A stretch of DNA of 35,701 nucleotides from a virus (lineage: Duplodnaviria > Caudoviricetes). Shown here piece by piece: positions 34,094 to 35,701 of the stretch. Every line of letters starts with the position of its first letter. Positions within the stretch are counted from its first letter, which is position 1. The notes beneath the pieces are model-generated. The model was not told where the DNA came from. It worked only from the letters and a program-made list of their open reading frames with translations, and ran no database searches. A program made the translations under genes and the position numbers. Location: positions 1 to 35,701 of IMG/VR virus record IMGVR_UViG_3300037419_003064; one strand, written 5' to 3'.

Positions 34094-34546
34094 TTAGGCA
34101 GTTGGCGGCTTTTGGGCAGAAACAAAGGAAATCGTTATTTCTTGAGTGATTGGCTTGCTTGGATCGCCGCCCTGATGTTCGTTTACAACTTTGTCACCGT
34201 ATTTCTTCGGTGATAGTTTCGATGCGTACCATTTGCGCGCATCAACTCGAAGGCGCGAACGGTTTACAACTTCGTGGTCTGTGACTTCATAACCGTCTTT
34301 GTCAGTGCGCTTATCGAATCGGCTATCATCGGCAATCTCAATGATTTCTTCAGCCAGGTAATCAGCGCATAACTCCTTCGCGCGCGCGTATTGCTGTACC
34401 AATTCTTCATCGTTGCTTAGCCAGTTCCACAAAGTTTTTTGTGAAATGCCAGCTTCAATGCACATTGACCGAGCAGATTTTCCTTGTGCGATTCCTTCAA
34501 GGATCAAATCTACTTTGGCTTTTGTTTTAATTGTCTTGCGTGCCAT
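34094..34546 (-). CDS. terS: Terminase small subunit (Sf6 gp1-like HTH)
   Basis: 'I...IAQGKS.RS.C', 'TLWNWL', 'QYARAKE..AD..AEEI.EIADD' and 'RSRLRVDARKWYASKLSPKKYGDK'. Confidence 0.92.
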   Translation of the reverse strand: MARKTIKTKAKVDLILEGIAQGKSARSMCIEAGISQKTLWNWLSNDEELVQQYARAKELCADYLAEEIIEIADDSRFDKRTDKDGYEVTDHEVVNRSRLRVDARKWYASKLSPKKYGDKVVNEHQGGDPSKPITQEITISFVSAQKPPTA

Positions 34547-34803
34547 TATTTGCTGCATCCTTTTACGGCTGCTCTCATCTTGACCTCACAAGCTGCCCGC
34601 TCTTCGAGTTCGGCCCTCAGAGCCCGATTAACTACCAGCATATTGTCAGCAGGGGAAACGCGGTCAACCGCGTATGCGTCCTTGCATTCGCCAGGTATTT
34701 GCACTTCACACGGTACTTGAATGGGTCTATCGATGACTTGAGTCTGAATTACCGGCTTCCCCGCGCAACCGGCGAGCATGAGTGCAACGAATATCATTCT
34801 CAT
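34546..34803 (-). CDS. Outer-membrane spanin (Rz1-like lipoprotein)
   Basis: 'MRMIFVALMLAG-C' lipobox, 'PIQVPC' and 'RAL.AE...R...E..MRAAV.GC'. Confidence 0.8.
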   Translation of the reverse strand: MRMIFVALMLAGCAGKPVIQTQVIDRPIQVPCEVQIPGECKDAYAVDRVSPADNMLVVNRALRAELEERAACEVKMRAAVKGCSK

Positions 34804-34967
34804 TGCATTTTTTTCCAATGCGGCTCTTGATCTTCGCTCTCTGGGGCTCCTGACCTGATCCTTCTAACCCCAGCCACACCAGGCAACAGCGACGTGATGC
34901 AAGCCACCAGTGTCTCGTCTTGTGGCGTCGCGCCTTCTGCCATTTCAATAATTATTTCAGTCGCCAT
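34800..34967 (-). CDS. Hypothetical 55-aa protein (not in ORF track)
   Basis: MATEIIIEMAEGATPQDETLVACITSLLPGVAGVRRIRSGAPESEDQEPHWKKMQ*. Starts inside the i-spanin 3' end and its stop forms ATGA with the o-spanin start. Confidence 0.6.
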   Translation of the reverse strand: MATEIIIEMAEGATPQDETLVACITSLLPGVAGVRRIRSGAPESEDQEPHWKKMQ

Positions 34968-35340
34968 TTCTGCGCCCTGTTACATATTCGATCTGTTCCC
35001 GCTCAACGGCCTGGCATAGCGTCTCATCTTGGCGAATTGGCGCCGATTTGATGACTATTGCCCGGCTTGTGTGTTTATCTGCCTTGGGCTGTGCCTTTAC
35101 CACTTCGGCTTCGGCTTGCTTGACTTTCTCAGCAGCGGCCTGAGTGAGTGCGGCCACATCAGCGCGCACGCTCCGCACATCGGCGGCACAGCGATCATTT
35201 GCGGCAGTGAGTACGGAATTATCGGAGTTTAGCTTCGCTATCCGGGCACCTGATCGCCAATCACTGACCACAAATCCGCCAGTAAAGGCAAGACCCGTAA
35301 AAATAGCGATTACTACCGCGAGAATGGCTGGGCTTATCAT
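34957..35340 (-). CDS. Inner-membrane spanin (Rz-like)
   Basis: N-terminal TM ending 'GFVVSDWR', Ala-rich coiled coil and C-terminal Cys. Confidence 0.75.
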   Translation of the reverse strand: MISPAILAVVIAIFTGLAFTGGFVVSDWRSGARIAKLNSDNSVLTAANDRCAADVRSVRADVAALTQAAAEKVKQAEAEVVKAQPKADKHTSRAIVIKSAPIRQDETLCQAVEREQIEYVTGRRNGD

Positions 35341-35352
35341 TTATTTTGGACG

Positions 35353-35374
35353 AAAAAAAACCCGCATAAGCGGG
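35353..35374 (-). terminator. Intrinsic terminator directly before the first late gene (tR'-like)
   Basis: CCCGC-TTAT-GCGGG followed by T8. Confidence 0.8.
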
Positions 35375-35403
35375 CTGGGTGCAAAACTCGACACTACAAA
35401 AAG

Positions 35404-35433
35404 ATGATAAATCATGTACCTGGCTTTTGTCAA
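35404..35433 (-). promoter_or_regulatory. Late-operon promoter (pR'-like)
   Basis: Minus strand TTGACA(35433-28)-18 bp-TATCAT. Confidence 0.6.
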
Positions 35434-35469
35434 GGAAAAAATATTTATAAAAATAATTGATAAAACCTC

Positions 35470-35524
35470 TTGACAATGGATACAGAGTATCTATAATGAA
35501 CACATCAACAACCAAAACAGGAGA
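35470..35524 (+). promoter_or_regulatory. Consensus sigma70 promoter with operator, paralogous to the ssb promoter
   Basis: TTGACA(35470-75)-16 bp-TATAAT(35492-97). Palindrome GATAC-AGA-GTATC in the spacer. RBS leader ACCAAAACAGGAGA (35511-24). Confidence 0.85.
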
Positions 35525-35530
35525 ACAGAA

Positions 35531-35701
35531 ATGGAAAACGGATTAGTTAGCGGATACACATTGCAAAGCATCAAAGATGGGGCTCTTGTCGAACGCCTGT
35601 TCTTTGTTGACGGCAGCAAAATATTCGAAGGCGTTGATCAGAAAGTCGGCCCTAACTTCATATCTCATACATGGGTTGTGTCTAATAGACACCTTGAATG
35701 G
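35531..35701 (+). CDS. Hypothetical protein, truncated by window end
   Basis: AGGAG RBS, ATG 35531, open to the end (MENGLVSGYTLQSIKDG...). Confidence 0.7.
   Translation, partial: MENGLVSGYTLQSIKDGALVERLFFVDGSKIFEGVDQKVGPNFISHTWVVSNRHLEW

Larger units (their letters stand above)
4188..35340 (-). mobile_element. Podovirus-type phage/prophage virion morphogenesis and lysis operon
   Basis: Contiguous co-oriented TerS-TerL-portal-scaffold-MCP-adaptor-fibre-lysis-nozzle-ejection genes with overlapping start and stop codons. Confidence 0.95.

Noticed and set aside
34727-34948. 73-aa ORF-track gene between the spanins
   Set aside because: TTG start and overlap into the o-spanin. The alternative 55-aa ATG frame is coupled at both ends and fits better.

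Overview
The window holds two linked modules. (1) Bases ~4.2-35.3 kb are one minus-strand late operon of a podovirus-type (P22/N4-gp56-capsid-like) phage or prophage. It encodes spanins, TerS, TerL, portal, a beta-helix protein, scaffold, major capsid, adaptors, tail fibre, a lysis cassette with SAR-type lysozyme, nozzle, LamG fibre, GNAT, two ejection proteins and a 2558-aa polyvalent protein (ddrB-ParB, JAB/RadC, ART-PolyVal and LPD38 domains). (2) Bases ~0.4-3.8 kb are an IncP (RP4/R751)-type conjugative mobilisation core: traJ <- oriT -> traK-traL-traM, followed by ssb. The traJ operon is interleaved with phage-type small genes, and no traI relaxase follows traJ within the window. The two modules look like one co-regulated element: the ssb promoter at 3.8 kb and the outward promoter at 35.5 kb share perfect -35/-10 boxes, the same GATAC-AGA-GTAT(C) operator and an identical 14-bp RBS leader. 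The best candidate for a novel system is a virion-forming phage or phage-plasmid that can also be mobilised by IncP-type conjugation. No integrase, Rep, tRNA, rRNA or CRISPR array was seen. All family assignments come from recalled motifs, not database searches.
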